Below the pieces are notes generated by a model that made no database searches, was not told the origin of the DNA, and worked only from the letters and a program-made list of their open reading frames with translations. Source: Chiloscyllium plagiosum (Eukaryota). Taken from it: DNA of 64,000 nt. The stretch lies in assembly GCF_004010195.1 (NCBI RefSeq), contig NC_057712.1, forward strand, positions 62,430,539-62,494,538, in the 5' to 3' direction. Made by a program: the position numbers and the translations under genes. Positions 12,735 through 25,699 of this stretch are shown here, one piece after another. Position 1 is the first letter of the stretch. The number at the start of each line of letters is the position of its first letter.

Positions 12735-13120
12735 CTTTCTTGTCACTTATGTTGAGGGAGACACAATGAAAAAAAAGTATTGTGTCGCCATTGAGGTACA
12801 AAAGAATAAATAGAAAGTACTTAAATAGACTTCATGTTCATTGTCTTGGGTCCCAGACATAGCTCCAGGACTTGTACAAGTTCCCTGCTCTTGACCACTC
12901 CTGTCATCACTGCAGCCAAAATCCCGCAGCCAATTCCAGGAGTCCACGCAGTGGGCTAAAGAAGCCACAAGTCCCCACTCCAGTCACCACCACACTGCTC
13001 CCAGCCTCCCCCTAACATCAGGGGCACGAATAGAAAAAGACAAAAAGGAGAGAAGAAAAGAAAAGAATGTGGCCTGCCTGGAGCAGAAAGGCTTACAGTC
13101 CCCATGCCGCCATCTTGAAT
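12735..13120 (-). mobile_element. Short non-autonomous LINE-derived element with a YY1-like 5' end
   Basis: Minus strand starts AAGATGGCGGC (13106-13116) and ends GTGACAAGAAAG, similar to the Rex-like 3' end at ~34325. Confidence 0.4.
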
Positions 13121-13269
13121 CTATCTCTATCGTTTCTAATAGGTTCTGTTCTTTCACAATTATTCTCTAGTTGTAAATATATGTAAAAACACCTTTACGT
13201 TTTCCTTTATTCTACCCACCTCTTAACTCTTAGCTTTCACTTTTGAATTTTTAAAAATTTTATAGGTTT

Positions 13270-13810
13270 CTATGAGACTCAATCTCTCCTCATATCAGCC
13301 TTGCCATCCCAGGAATCAATTTGGTAAACCTTCAGTATACATGGTCTATACCAACAGTGTCCTTCCTCAGATAAAGGAGACCAAAACTGCACATGCGATT
13401 CCAGGTGTGGTCTCACCAATGCTTTTCTAACTGCAGCAAGCCATCCTTCTTTCCCTACTTGAATCCTCCCACTATGAAGGCCAACATACACTTTATCTTC
13501 TTTACTGCCTACATGCAGACTTACTTTCAGCCAATTGTGCTAAGGACATCCTGCTCTTGTTGAACGTTCGTCTCTTTCAATTTTCATTCATCCAAGTAAT
13601 AATCGGCCTTCCTGTTTTTGCTACCGAAGTGATACCCTCACATTATTCTGCATCTACCTTGGATTTGCCCACTTAGCCTGCCCAAATCATATGCTAACAT
13701 TTCTGCATCCTCCTCATAACTCCCTCTTCCAACTAGCTTTTCGTCATCTGTAAATGTTGACATATTACGTCGAATTCCCTCATCTAAATCATTAACAAAT
13801 TGTGAATAGC
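13270..13810 (-). mobile_element. CR1 fragment
   Basis: KALVRPHLESHVQFWSP. Confidence 0.75.
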
Positions 13811-13814
13811 TAGG

Positions 13815-15085
13815 CAAATAAAAACAGAAATTGCTGGATAAGCTCAGCAGGTCTGGCAGTGTCTCTGAAGAGAAATCAGAGTTAACATTTCAGGTCCAGT
13901 GATCCTTCCTCAGGACTGATGGTAGCTCGGAAAATGTTGGTTTATATGCAAAAGTCAAGGTGTGGGGTTGGGGTAAAAAATAAACAATAGGTGGGGATAG
14001 ACCCCAAAGAGATGATTTGATTAGATTAGATACTCTACAGTGTGGAAACAAACCCTTTGGCCCAATAAATTCACACCGACCCTCCAAAGAGTAACCCACC
14101 CAGACCCATTTCCCTCTGACTAATGCACTTCTTTGAACTGTGGGAAGAAACCGGAGCAGCCAGAGGAAACCCACGCTGACATGGGGTGACCGTCCAAACC
14201 CCACACAGACAGACACCCGCCCGATGCTGGAATCAAACCCGGGTCCCTGGCACTGTGAGGCAGGGGTGCTAACCACTGAGCCACTGTGCCACCCCGAGAG
14301 AGAAGAACACAGACAGACAAACTAACTAGAAGGGTGAATAGCTATTAATGAGGGTTGTTAGTGGCTAACAACGGGTAGTGTGTAATAGTAGATTACATGA
14401 TAACAAGGTCCGGCATGTGGGGGTTGAGTTAAGGACATGACAGAGCCTAAGCCCTAGAGTTGAATTCTATATTGAGTCCAGAAGGCTGCAGAGTTCCCAA
14501 GCAGAAAATTAGGTGCTTGTCTTCCAGCTTGTGCTAAGCTTTGACTGAGGAGTGCAGCAAGACTGAGCCTTAAATGTTGGCCAGGGAACAGGGTGATGTG
14601 TTCAAGCAGTAGGCAACTGAACATTTAGGGTCTTTGCAGGCAGAATACAGGCATTCCTAGTGGTCACTCACTGCATGCTTAGTTTCCCCAATGTAGAGGG
14701 AACAACACTGAGCAGGGAGTGCATTAATGAGATTGTGTCAAGTGCAGGTAAAGCATTGCTTCACTAGGAACGCGTGTTTGGGCCCTTGGATACTGAGGAG
14801 TGAAGAACTAAACAGACAGGTGCTATGCCTTCTGCAGTTGCAGAGAAAGGTGCTGTGGCAGGGTGTTGGGAGTAAAGGAGAAGAACAGGGTGTCCCGGAG
14901 GGAATGCTTTCCACAGAAGGTGAGGGGAGTGTGTGCGTGGTGATGGCAGCATCTCATTGGAACTAGCAGAAAGGCCAGCTAATGATCCTATGGACGTAGA
15001 CGCTGGTGGGATGGTAAGTCAGGACAAGGGGAACCCTTTCACCACTGCAGGAGACAAGAGAGGTGGTGAGGGCTGAAGTGCAGGA
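13815..15085 (-). mobile_element. Penelope-like element 3' part (GIY-YIG relic, 3' region, terminal repeat), interrupted by a SINE
   Basis: Decayed LYIGETK-like region near 14680-14700; terminal repeat with CTGAGGAAGGATCACTGGACCTGAAATGTT. Confidence 0.7.
14015..14295 (-). mobile_element. HE1-like SINE nested in a Penelope element
   Basis: tRNA-like head, V-domain, (TCTAA)-like tail. Confidence 0.85.
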
Positions 15086-15549
15086 GTATGAATAGGTAGG
15101 GTCCTAGTACCAATCCTTGCATGTCCCATATGTTCCCTTTATTAAATATCTCATTTTGTTTCAATTACATTTTTAGCAGTTAATAAGTCTACCTTATCTA
15201 CTGGCCAAAAATAATTTGGGAATTTGAGCCAAGATTGTTCTTAACTAAAATAACAGGAAAACATCTGCAAATACTACAATTATTATATGCGAAGTTGGAC
15301 AATCCCAGGATAATAAAACAAAGAAAACAGTCACATTCATGTCAGCTCTTGACAGGATACACCTAATTTTCTCACTACCTTGCCCACAGCCTTCAAAATC
15401 TTTCCATCTCAAGTATCTCTCCAATCAGCTTTCTGAACATTATAATGGAACTTTCTTCCATTATTTTGGGCAATTCATTCCACATCATCAGAATATACCA
15501 TACAAAAGTCTTCATGTCACCTTGAATTTTCTTCCAACATTTCTGTCCC

Positions 15550-16570
15550 TGAAACTGTTCAACCTTATTTACTCGTGATTCTTTTCATAATTTTGAACAC
15601 TTCACTCCAAGCCTCTTCCTTTGGTCTTCTCTACACAAAAGAGCAAAAATCCCAATTTCCTTTAGCTCTCCACTTTAAGCTTTTCACTATTGGCATTGCT
15701 CTATTAAATCTCTGCACCCTCACCAAGGCCCTGAAATACTTCCAAAAGCATGATGCCAAGAAATTGGTCACAATATTCCAGTGCCAATCAACTGTATACA
15801 CATAACCCCACAATTTTATTGTGTTTTTACATTGTCTCTCCATACTCTTCTTACCGAAATGTATCATTTCCCAGTTCCTCACATTAAACTTTATGCGTCA
15901 CATGTTGGCCTACTTCACGAGTTTGCCAATTCTTCCTCTGGCGTTTTGTTAGTGTATCATTAAATCTGGTTTAGCTTCGAATACAACTTGCTCCAGTCAC
16001 AAACAAGAATCTTACATTTGAACCTAGTTACACAGTTATGAGGAGAGAGCTGGCCTCAGGTAGTTTTGAGCAAGAGTCTACCAAGGTATGGAGATAAAAT
16101 AAACAACCATTTGAAGCAGCTTTTTAAGGTTAGTGGAATGTTTTAAAAACCAGATCAAGGACCTCATCAGACTGGGAAGCTAGATGACAGATAATGTCTG
16201 GGAAGGGCAGAGATGTTATAAAAAGATAGCCAAGCTATCTGAGTAGGCAACATGATGGGAGATGGGTCATTATGTGGCAAAGAGTGGAATTTTTCATTGT
16301 ACAAGAATGGAAAAGTAGATTTTTTTTAAATAAAGGCATGGAACCTGTAACTGCGGAGAGAGATTTGGGTATGCTTATAAAAGGAATACAAAGCTAGCCT
16401 GTTGCAGTGCCACTGTTTAGTGCAACCATATTTGGGATAGTGTAAGCAATATTGATCTCCATATTTAAGTAAAGATACACATCAATTTAAATTGGCACAC
16501 AAAAGTTCACAAAAATCAATCCCTGGGTTGAGGGGGTTATCCTTTGACAAGAGGCTGAATAAAACTGATC
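15550..16570. mobile_element. Old CR1 fragments in both orientations
   Basis: Decayed CR1 ORF2 C-terminal similarity (e.g. MIHFGKK, ALVRVQRF). Confidence 0.55.
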
Positions 16571-16781
16571 AAGAAGTCACATCACTTCACATTGCCCTCT
16601 GATCTGGTAAGTAATTATTTGCCACGATGCTCTCTGCTTTCTGTTCTTCAGCTAACTTTGTACCTGAGCAGACACCGCAACTTTAATCCCAAGGGTTTCA
16701 TTTATTTCATATATTTATTTATTTCATATAAATCTGTAATACATTACTTTTTAAAAGTTCACATTTACATCAATAACACTA

Positions 16782-16998
16782 CAGTCAGTTCTGCGATAAC
16801 GAGTGTTTCTTCAACGCAAATTAGCTTTAACACGATTGAAGTATTTAGACCATTATTTGTGGAATGCGAATTTTCCTGACCTGTATTGGCTATTAGCAAT
16901 CCAGCCCCACTGGTTTAAATGGCGCTGCTCTTATGCAATTTTCTTGTAACACAGGATCGCACAGGTGCAGAACTGCCATGTTTTATCAGAGCGGACTC
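16782..16998. mobile_element. Tc1/mariner-Tigger-type MITE
   Basis: TA|CAGTCAGTTCTGCGATAAC ... GTTTTATCAGAGCGGACTC|TA: imperfect TIRs with TA flanks. Confidence 0.6.
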
Positions 16999-19629
16999 TA
17001 CCTATGACAAACTCTCCTTGACTTCAAAGGCAGAAATCAAGATAACCAAAAAGAACTTGCCAACAAGAAAATCATGTTGTTATCATTATTAACTCATATT
17101 TCCACTTCAATTTTTGTTTTGTCTTGAAAATCTTCCTCATCAACTATAAACTAAGTGGTTTGTAGTTTTGGGACTTACTCCTCCGCCCATTTTAAAACAG
17201 ACATAATATTTACATATCTTTAGTCCTATGGAACCAATCTAAGGGGAACTGAATATTTTGGTCAGAGTTTCAGCAGTTGCTAGCCTTACTTCCCTCAGCA
17301 GCAAGGGGTGCATCCTATCTGGACCGATTAGCAGTTTTCAAGCAGAAACGTCAATCTTTAAGCATCTCTTCCTTGACTGTGCCACTGGTGGCATCCTTTT
17401 GTGAAGTCTGGTATAAAAAACCCATTTAGTATCTCAGTAACATTCTCTGTCCATATGATATCCTCTTAGGTCCCTAATCAACTCAACCCTTCCTTTGACT
17501 GCACTTTACTACATAGGTTTATAACATGGATTTTTTTTATTTTAAATCTATTTTCTTTGTCCTTTATTCTTGCTTTGTCATTTCTTTTCTGTACTTATGT
17601 CAAATTTGATGTACCGTTAAATTATTAATCAAAGTTTATCTTTTACTGCTTTACTTTAAGCTTTAGGCATGCAGGGAAGTCTAGTTTTCCCCATGGTGTT
17701 ATCAGTCTTCACCTGAATCTCTCTGAAGGAATCCCACTAGTCGGTTTCATGGAAACAAGTCAAAGAGATTATTAAAATCACATTTTGTTTAGCAGCTGTT
17801 TAAATAAAGGACAAAAGGCTTGCTTATAATGCTGTACATGACAGCTTTACATATTTGGGCTACTTTAAACAATACGTTCATGAATTAATTGTAACATAGT
17901 GGGTATATTACTCAGCGAAGTTCATTTTTAGTCATGTATCAAGTCTGGCCAACATGTGCAAACATTTTGAGCTGTTGAATACTACAAATGGTCCACAGCG
18001 CTTAAGTTGAAACAATATAGTTTAGATTAATTACTGCTCATTACTCAGGCAAAGGTGACAATTTGAAGTGCGCTCTCAGTACACAACAGTTGCCAGAAAT
18101 GATGGAAGACAATCACTCTCATCATTGAAGGAATGGAATCTGTCACCTCTTCTCAGTTTTCTGTTCATAATCTCATTTGCACAAGGTCTTATTTCTATAC
18201 TTCTCCAGAGTGGTCCAGAAAACTCTTTTATAAATTACACAACTGCTTAGGTAGTTGCAAACCTATTCAGGGCAACTAGGGATGAACAATAAAATGTAGT
18301 GGTGCCAGAATTAGCTACAGAACCAATAGTAAGTTCTAGTAAAGTAACTCATCCTGAAAATGTCCATTTATGCATAAAGATTCCAAAGGCAATTGAAATT
18401 GGCTCAAATCAACTGCAATACCAATTACTTCACTTTTGCCGAATGGTCACCAAACTTAAAATTACATAAAATTTTAGATGCTTCCAATAGGATTCCATTA
18501 AAGCTATGAAAAATGCATCCTTCACATAGAAAGTTGCTGGCCTCAAATAAGAGTGGTTTTTGTTTAAATATATTCCAGGCTCAATCTATTGAGTGCATAC
18601 ACACAGAAGTAAAACAAACTCTGGCTTAGTTTCATTTTGTCAAAACAATCCATCAAATTAGACTTTATTGATTGCCAAAAGTTACTGGCAACTTAATCCG
18701 ATATATTAAAGACATATATGAAATCAAAATCACAATATCCACACCTCATTCAATAGCATTCTCCAGCAACGCAATAGCATACTAATCACACACTTAGATA
18801 TTTCCTACACACATTTAGATATTTCCTAAACAACTTTTTCAGACATGTTATTACATACATTCCCACTAGAGCAGGTGGGATATCAACCCAAACCAACTCA
18901 TGTTTATCTAATCGCATGTCTAATCTATCTCATCACATACTTAACATCCAATATGATCATTAGAAAGCACCCAAAATGTTGATAATTGTCCAATAAAAAT
19001 CAGAAATATGTCACTCCAGTCAGAATATTTCAAGAACATCTAGCAAGCAACAGATGATCATCCAAGACTAGACTGCAGTCTTACTGCATCAACAGTTTGT
19101 AAAGACAAACAAACTGAGATATTACAATGATTCAGTTTACTGCTACACAAGCAATTCTGGAAACAATTTATAACCAGTGATCACAGAATATTAAAAGTTA
19201 CAAAATATAGTTCACATTGCACAATCTATATTCTCCAAAAAGACACAATACAGCTTCAATTGTAATTGTATGCAGGAATTTAAGTGAATTGATTTTGATC
19301 TTTAAGTGCTCATAAGCTGCAATTAACAATCATAGCTAAATTGCTTCACTTTTTGCTGAGACACACATCCGCTGTCTGCTGCTTCCAGTTCAAGACCAAA
19401 CTGCATGCATGCACTGTGTAATTAGTTAAATATACTGACTGGCAAAGCTACTATGACAGGCAGTGTGCACCAAAGATTATTGGAAAACATTGTAGAGGTT
19501 TGGAAAGATCAGATCATTGAAGGAATTGAAAGATATGTTCATATGAATAGGCAGGCCACTTAGAACATGAACATAAACAGGAGTAGGCATAGGCCATCTG
19601 ACCCCTCAAGCCTGCTCCCCCATTCAACA

Positions 19630-20550
19630 AGAAAATCATGTCTCAGTAACTTGATTGAGTTTTTTGTAACGAAGATGATTGATGAGGGCAGAGCAGTGGA
19701 AATGATCAATATGGACTTCAGTAAGGCATTCAACAAGGTTCCTCATGGCAGACTGGTTAGCAAGGTTAGATCTCATGGAATATAGAGAGAACTAGCCATT
19801 TGGATATAGAACTGGCTCAAAGGTAGAACGTGGTGGTGGAGGGCTGCTTTTCAGACTGGAGGCCTGTGACGAGTGATGTGCCACAAGGATCGATGCTGAA
19901 TCCGCTGCTTTTCGCCATTTACATAAATTAATGGCATAGTTAGTAAATTTGCAGAAGACACCAAAATTGGAGGTGTAGTGGACAGGGAAGAAGGTTACCT
20001 CAGAGTACAACAGGATCTTGATCTGATCTGCCAATGGGCCAAGGCATGGCAGATGGAGCTTAATTTAGATAAATTTAAGGTGTTGCATTTTGGAATGGTA
20101 AATCAGACCAGGACTGGAGGGTTTGAGGCCATAGAGAGAAGCTGAATAGGTGGGGCTGTTTTCCCTGGACTGTCAGAGGCTGAGGGGTAACCTTATAGAG
20201 GTTTATAAAACCACGAGAGGCATGGATAGGGTAAACAGACAAGGTCTTTTCCCTTGGTTAGGGAAGTCCAGAACTAGAGGGCAGTTTAGACTGAGAGGGG
20301 AAAGATTTTCAAGGGACCTAAGGGGCAACATTTTCACGCAGAAGATGGAATGAGCTGCCAGAGGAAGCGGTGGAGGTTAGTATAATTACAACATTTAAAA
20401 GCCATCCAGATGGATATATGAATAGGAAGGGTTTAAGAGGGATATGGGCCAAGTGTTGGCAAATGGGACTAGATTAAATTTCAGATATCTGCCCAGCATG
20501 GACAAGTTGGACCTAAGGGTCTGTTTCTGTGCTGTACATCTCTATGACTG
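19630..20550 (+). mobile_element. CR1/HER1-like LINE 3' fragment with internal deletion
   Basis: SCLSNLIEFF..MDFSKAFNKVPHGRL; LRGNLIEVYK; CR1 tail ending CTCTATGACT. Confidence 0.88.
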
Positions 20551-22229
20551 AGATCGTGGCTTGATCTTTTTTCATGGACTCAGCCCCACTTACCTATCCA
20601 CTCATCAAACCCTTAATGCCTTTATTCTTTGCCAATCCTACACAGCTGCTGGTTTTTAACTTCCAATCCTCTAGCAAGGAAGGATGATGTTTAATTTGCA
20701 TTCTTAATTACCTGCAAACCAACTTTTTGAGATTCATGCACAAGGATACCCAGGTCCCTCTGCACAACAATGATATGGCAAAGATGCTAATCACTATACG
20801 TACCTTATACTATGAGGAAACGACCAGGAAAACTTGCTGTCCTATCCTGGTATATAAGATGAGCATAAAGATCTCCACAGAACTAACAGGTAACAAGAGA
20901 GGAGGCTAATCTAAGGCAAAGAAACGGCTTTATACCTACAAGACACACAACAAAATGACTATTCGGACATGCACTTCACAAAGCTTCATAATGCTAGATT
21001 TATCTTGCAGAAACAGATAGGATAATAGATTGAGGAGTGTTGGAGCTCGTAAAAATCAGAGAATAGTTTCATATTTCTTGCATTAAACTTAACAAATTTT
21101 TGGCTCCAGGTCTCAATGATGGTAACCAGAAGTCACTGCAGATTAAAAACAAATGATTCTCATTAAACCTCAGCATCATAAGCATTCATCACTGTACTTG
21201 CTGTAGAGCATAGATGTTCAAACATTGCCTCAGGGATGACATGCAAATACTAACACATAAATAGACATGTTTGTCTTAGGTTTTCAAAAGGAAGTCTAAG
21301 CAGGACAAAGGAGAACAGGATGAGATTTAAAGAAAACAATGAGTAATAGGTCAAGATGATCATGTATGCCTTTATTGTTCCAAAGAATCTATACTCTACT
21401 TTCCAGAGAGAATTATATACAAAAATATAAGTTTTCTTCACATGAATCAATACTGTTACACACATCAAAACTCAGTTCAATACTTTAATATAACACGGAG
21501 GAGGACAGCACAATCAGAACTGACACTTTTCAAGTGAAACATGAAAATGAGACACAATCTGCCATATTAAGGGTTCATTGCCATTGTTTGATAAAGTAGT
21601 GATAGTTCCCCAAGCTAACATTTTTCCCAGTTTTTAAACTCCATCCCCCTCCCAAAGAAGGACAATATTCCATTTGTGTTCTTAGTAACCTGCAAACCAA
21701 CCTTTTGCGATTCATGCACAAAGACACCCAGGTCCCTCTGCATATCAACAACTAAAATATATTGCCTAATATCTATCCATTCTGATTACAGGTCATTTTA
21801 TGCAAATTAGCAGCCACAACAATGACTCAAACAGCCCTGAAGTATTTACGAAAAAACCTGGGGTCGGGGTCTAACATAAATGGATCCCACCTTGAGCACA
21901 CATTATCCAACTGCTTGCAACCTGTCTGCAGTGAGCTGGAAAAAAATTAGAGTGACAGAGAAAACCTGAGTTAATTGGCTGTTAGGAACTGCCAGTAGTA
22001 AACAGCTGTAAATTACAAATGTGTACAATTCAAGAAAGAGCTAAAATAATATCTTAGTATAAAAGGTAGCCAAATTAGAATAAGGGGAGGAAAGTGAAAT
22101 TAATGAAAGGGTGGCAACTATGAGACTAAGAAATTAAAGTGAGCAAGTGAGTGAGTAAGAAAGGTCAAGTTTAAAGTTTGAGTCAAGCCACCTCAGGTCA
22201 GTCGACCTGTAACATGTGAGAAATCATAG

Positions 22230-22840
22230 ACCCCAATGGTTTCCTTGGTTTTATTAATAAAGGCATTGTATACAAGAGCAAGGAGCGTAAGACACTTGTT
22301 AAATTTCAGCAGTAGTAATGTGCCCATTTGTGGGCACCACAGTACAGCAAAGATAGAATGCAGAGACTATGCAGATGTAATTTGCAAGAATAGTTTCAGG
22401 TGTAAGAAACTTCAGCTGTGAGGACAGACTGACTAAGCTGGAACCATTCTCCTTGGGAAGAAGGTAGAGAGGAGATTTGACAGAAGTGTTCAAAGTCATG
22501 CATGGGCTGAATAGAGTAAATACGGAGGTAGGGAAATGCTGCTTTCAATCGTTAAAGGAACGAGGCTGATAGGGGCATCGATTTAAAGTGACATACAGAA
22601 GAATTGATGTTGATCTGAGACAACAAGACGGTTATTCAGCTAGTTAAGGTATGAATTACACTGGCTGGAAGTGTGGTGGAGGCAAGTTCAATCGAGACAT
22701 TCAAGATGACATTGGATGATTGTTTGGATAGAAATAGCGGGCAAGGGCATGGGGAGGAAACAGGAGATTAACACAATCTCAATGTTTTCTTGAAGTGTCA
22801 GTGCAGACAAGATGAGCTAAATGGTCTCCTTGCCCACTGT
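22230..22840 (+). mobile_element. Old CR1 3' fragment
   Basis: AGAGGAGATTTGACAGAAGTGTTCAAA (RGDL.EVFK-like). Confidence 0.6.
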
Positions 22841-23229
22841 AGCAATTCAGATTGGTAAATCAGAGTATCTGAGTTGCCCTAAGCTTCAATTACAATTAAG
22901 ACAGAGCAAAATAATTCTGAAAATAAAATTCCTGCATTTTTTGGTCCTTGCTGACTATTAATAGTTTTTCCATGTCATGGACTTTGAAAGTCAGTCAGTG
23001 TCATCTCATAAACAAAACTGTAATTTATTCCAGTTCACGATGGCTACTGAGTGAAACATGTGTTTTCTATGGCTGCCATTCTCAACTGAATTAGATTAAA
23101 TGAAACATCAACAATCCCTCAGATTTTCAAACAACCAAACTATTGCTTGTTCCAGATTTTCTATTGAGGGAAGCAGAAAGGGTGGTGATAATTTTACAGT
23201 GGTGAGCTTAAAATGTAATTTGCCCATTC

Positions 23230-23425
23230 AGTTAGTCTGTTAGCTCAGTTGGCTGGAAAGCTGGTTTGCAATGCAGAGTAATGCCCAGAACATGGGTTCA
23301 ACTCCTACACCAGCTAAGGTTACAATAAAGGTGTCTCCTTCTCAACCTTTCCCCGCTCCTGAGACATGACGACCCTCTGGTTAAAACACCCAGTTGCCCC
23401 TCGCACATGAAAGAGCAGCCAAGCA
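23230..23425 (+). mobile_element. tRNA-derived SINE fragment
   Basis: A box TAGCTCAGTTGG and B box GGGTTCAACTCC; no complete cloverleaf. Confidence 0.55.
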
Positions 23426-24738
23426 CTTCACTTCTACTCTTCACCACTTGACTCCAATAGATGAAAACTTCACTGGAAAATAATAAAACTACAACATGTA
23501 CCACAAGTAGGTACTCGGACTGACTTTCTTTCAGCGAAAAGTATGACTTGGATCATTGCTTCTAGTCACTCAGGTCAATTTCAGCTGACATAGTACATGA
23601 CTGAAATACAAATAGCAGCAATATGCCATAAGTAAAATAATTTATATTGCTAGTACGTTACACCAAGATTATCCTTAATCAAAATTGGCACATCCTCTAG
23701 TTGATAGTGAGCCTGACTGAGGTGGGCGATATTTAAAAGAGGAGTGGCATTTTTTTAAAAAGCCAAATCCATTAAACATAAAGCCACATGGAAACAAACG
23801 TAAACATAAATGGTTGTTAAGAGTTGTTAAGAGTTTAGGAGTAGCACGTTCGTGCTAAAATGAAGGAGAGGTATGGCAAGTTATGCGAACCTTGGATAAC
23901 CAGGGACATTATGAACTTGATCAAAAAGAGAAAAGGAAACATATACAAGGTCGAGGAGAATGGGATCTGATGAAATCCTTGAAGCATATAAGGAAAATAG
24001 GAAATAACTTCAACAAGGAATTATAAGGGCTAAAAGAAGTCACAAAAAGTTGTAACAAATACGATTAAAGAGACACTGAAGGCTTTTTATGCAAGTATGA
24101 AAAGCAAGAGGGTAAGCCAGGGAAAGACTGGCCCACTCAAGGACAAAGGAGAATCTGTGTGTGGAACTAGAAGAGGTAGGTGAGATCCTAAACAAACACT
24201 TCTTGTACTCATTCACCAAAGAGAAAGAATTAGTGAAGGATGATATCAGGGAAGGGAGTATTGAATTCCTAAGCCAAGTTGCTATTAAAAAGGAAGAGGT
24301 GTTGTGCATTTCAAAAGTAGATAAGTCCCCAGGTCCTGATGGGATCTATCCTAGAATATTGAGGGAGGCAAGAGAACAATTTGCTGGAGCATTAACAGAC
24401 ATCCGTGTATCATCTTTGGCCAAAGGTAAGGTCCCAGAGGATGGAAGAATAGCTAATGTTGTCCCATTGTTTAAGAAGGGTAGCAGGGATAATCCAGGTA
24501 ATTACAGGATTGTAAGCCTCACCTCAGTAGTAGGGAAATTATTGGAAAAGATTCTCAGTGACACTATCTATACACATTTAGAAGCAAATGTGTATAGATT
24601 TTAGTGATAGCATGGTTTTGTGCAGGGGGATCATGCCTCACTGACTAGATGAGGTTTTCTGAGGATGTAACAAAGATGATTAATGAGGGAAAAGCAGTTG
24701 TCGTCGTCTACGTGGACTTCAGTAAATACTTTGACAAG

Positions 24739-24957
24739 GTTAAAAATCACACAACACCAGGTTATAGTCCAACAGGTTTAATTGGAAGCACACTAGCTTT
24801 CGGAGCGACGCTCCTTCATCAGGTGATTGTCCTGATGAAGGAGCGTCGCTCCGAAAGCTAGTGTGCTTCCAATTAAACCTGTTGGACTATAACCTGGTGT
24901 TGTGTGATTTTTAACTTTGTACACCACAGTCCAACACCGGCATCTCCGAATCATGAC
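24739..24957. mobile_element. Palindromic Penelope-derived insert with a perfect 85-bp inverted repeat
   Basis: Arms 24739-24823 and 24831-24915 are exact reverse complements, 7-nt loop; 12-bp TSD TACTTTGACAAG (24727-24738 / 24958-24969). Confidence 0.9.
24788..24828 (-). ncRNA. Candidate minimal type I hammerhead ribozyme (mirror copy on + at ~24828-24866)
   Basis: CAC-CUGAUGA-A-GGAGC(GUC)GCUCC-GAAA-GC-UA-GUG: core, stem II, CAC/GUG stem I, palindromic AGCU stem III. Confidence 0.55.
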
Positions 24958-25002
24958 TACTTTGACAAGTTCCTTCTTGGCAGAATGGTACTATAAAGGT
25001 GA

Positions 25003-25235
25003 ACCTTAGAGTGGTGCTGGAAAAACACAGCAGGTCAGGCAGCAAACAAGGAGCAGGAAAATCAACATTTTGGGCAAAAGCCCTTCATCAGGCATTAGGG
25101 CTAAATTCCTAATGAAGGGCTTTTGCCAAAGCGGTGCTTTTCCTGCTCCTCGGATGCTGCCTGACCTGCTGTGCTTTTCCAGCACCACTCTAATCTTAAC
25201 TCTGATCTCCAGCATCTGCAGTACCCAACTCTGCC
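25003..25235. mobile_element. Second palindromic Penelope-derived insert (different subfamily)
   Basis: ~85-bp imperfect inverted arms around 25095-25105; degenerate TSD TGGTAC..AAAGGTGA (24986-25002 / 25236-25250). Confidence 0.8.
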
Positions 25236-25699
25236 TGGTACAAAAGGTGATGTCACATGGTATTGTGTGTGTGGGTTTAAAAACATCTGGAACGTGTGGG
25301 TAGCACCTGGAACTTGTACCTGGATGAATATCAGAATAGGGAGAGAATAGAGGGATAAGAATCCTGTACATGAGACTAATTATAGTTTGGAAGGGCAAAA
25401 CATGGCACTGACTTGAAGGGCCTGCTCCGATGCTGTACTGTTTCTTGTTTGTCACATTGTCTATATTCTACAGAAATGGCTGCGAATGCTGCCCAAAAGA
25501 TGCAAAACCAGTGAATAGGTCGAAACTATATCAGTCACACTCCAGATAAAATGCTCACTGTGTATCTCTGGGCATAAGTTGCCAGACTTGGTCAAGCTTT
25601 ACTGAGATTTGTTCCAATGTTCACAGCATTCCGCATTCATTTATTACAAAATCAAATGCTCAATGCTTGAAGTCTTGTTACAACTCCACATGATTTTGG

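Larger units (their letters stand above)
23830..25445 (+). mobile_element. CR1 ORF2 fragment carrying two nested palindromic Penelope inserts
   Basis: ORF 24161-24604 DKSPGPDGIYPRILRE...NVVPLFKKGSRDNPGNYR; DFSK-FDKV motif split by the insert. Confidence 0.9.

Noticed and set aside
18788-18830. Short tandem duplication TTAGATATTTCCTA (similar case at 32433-32475)
   Set aside because: Ordinary slippage duplications
24739-24915. CRISPR, terminator or pre-miRNA interpretation of the palindrome
   Set aside because: Eukaryotic context, no repeat-spacer array, TSD-flanked, and homologous to other Penelope repeats in the window
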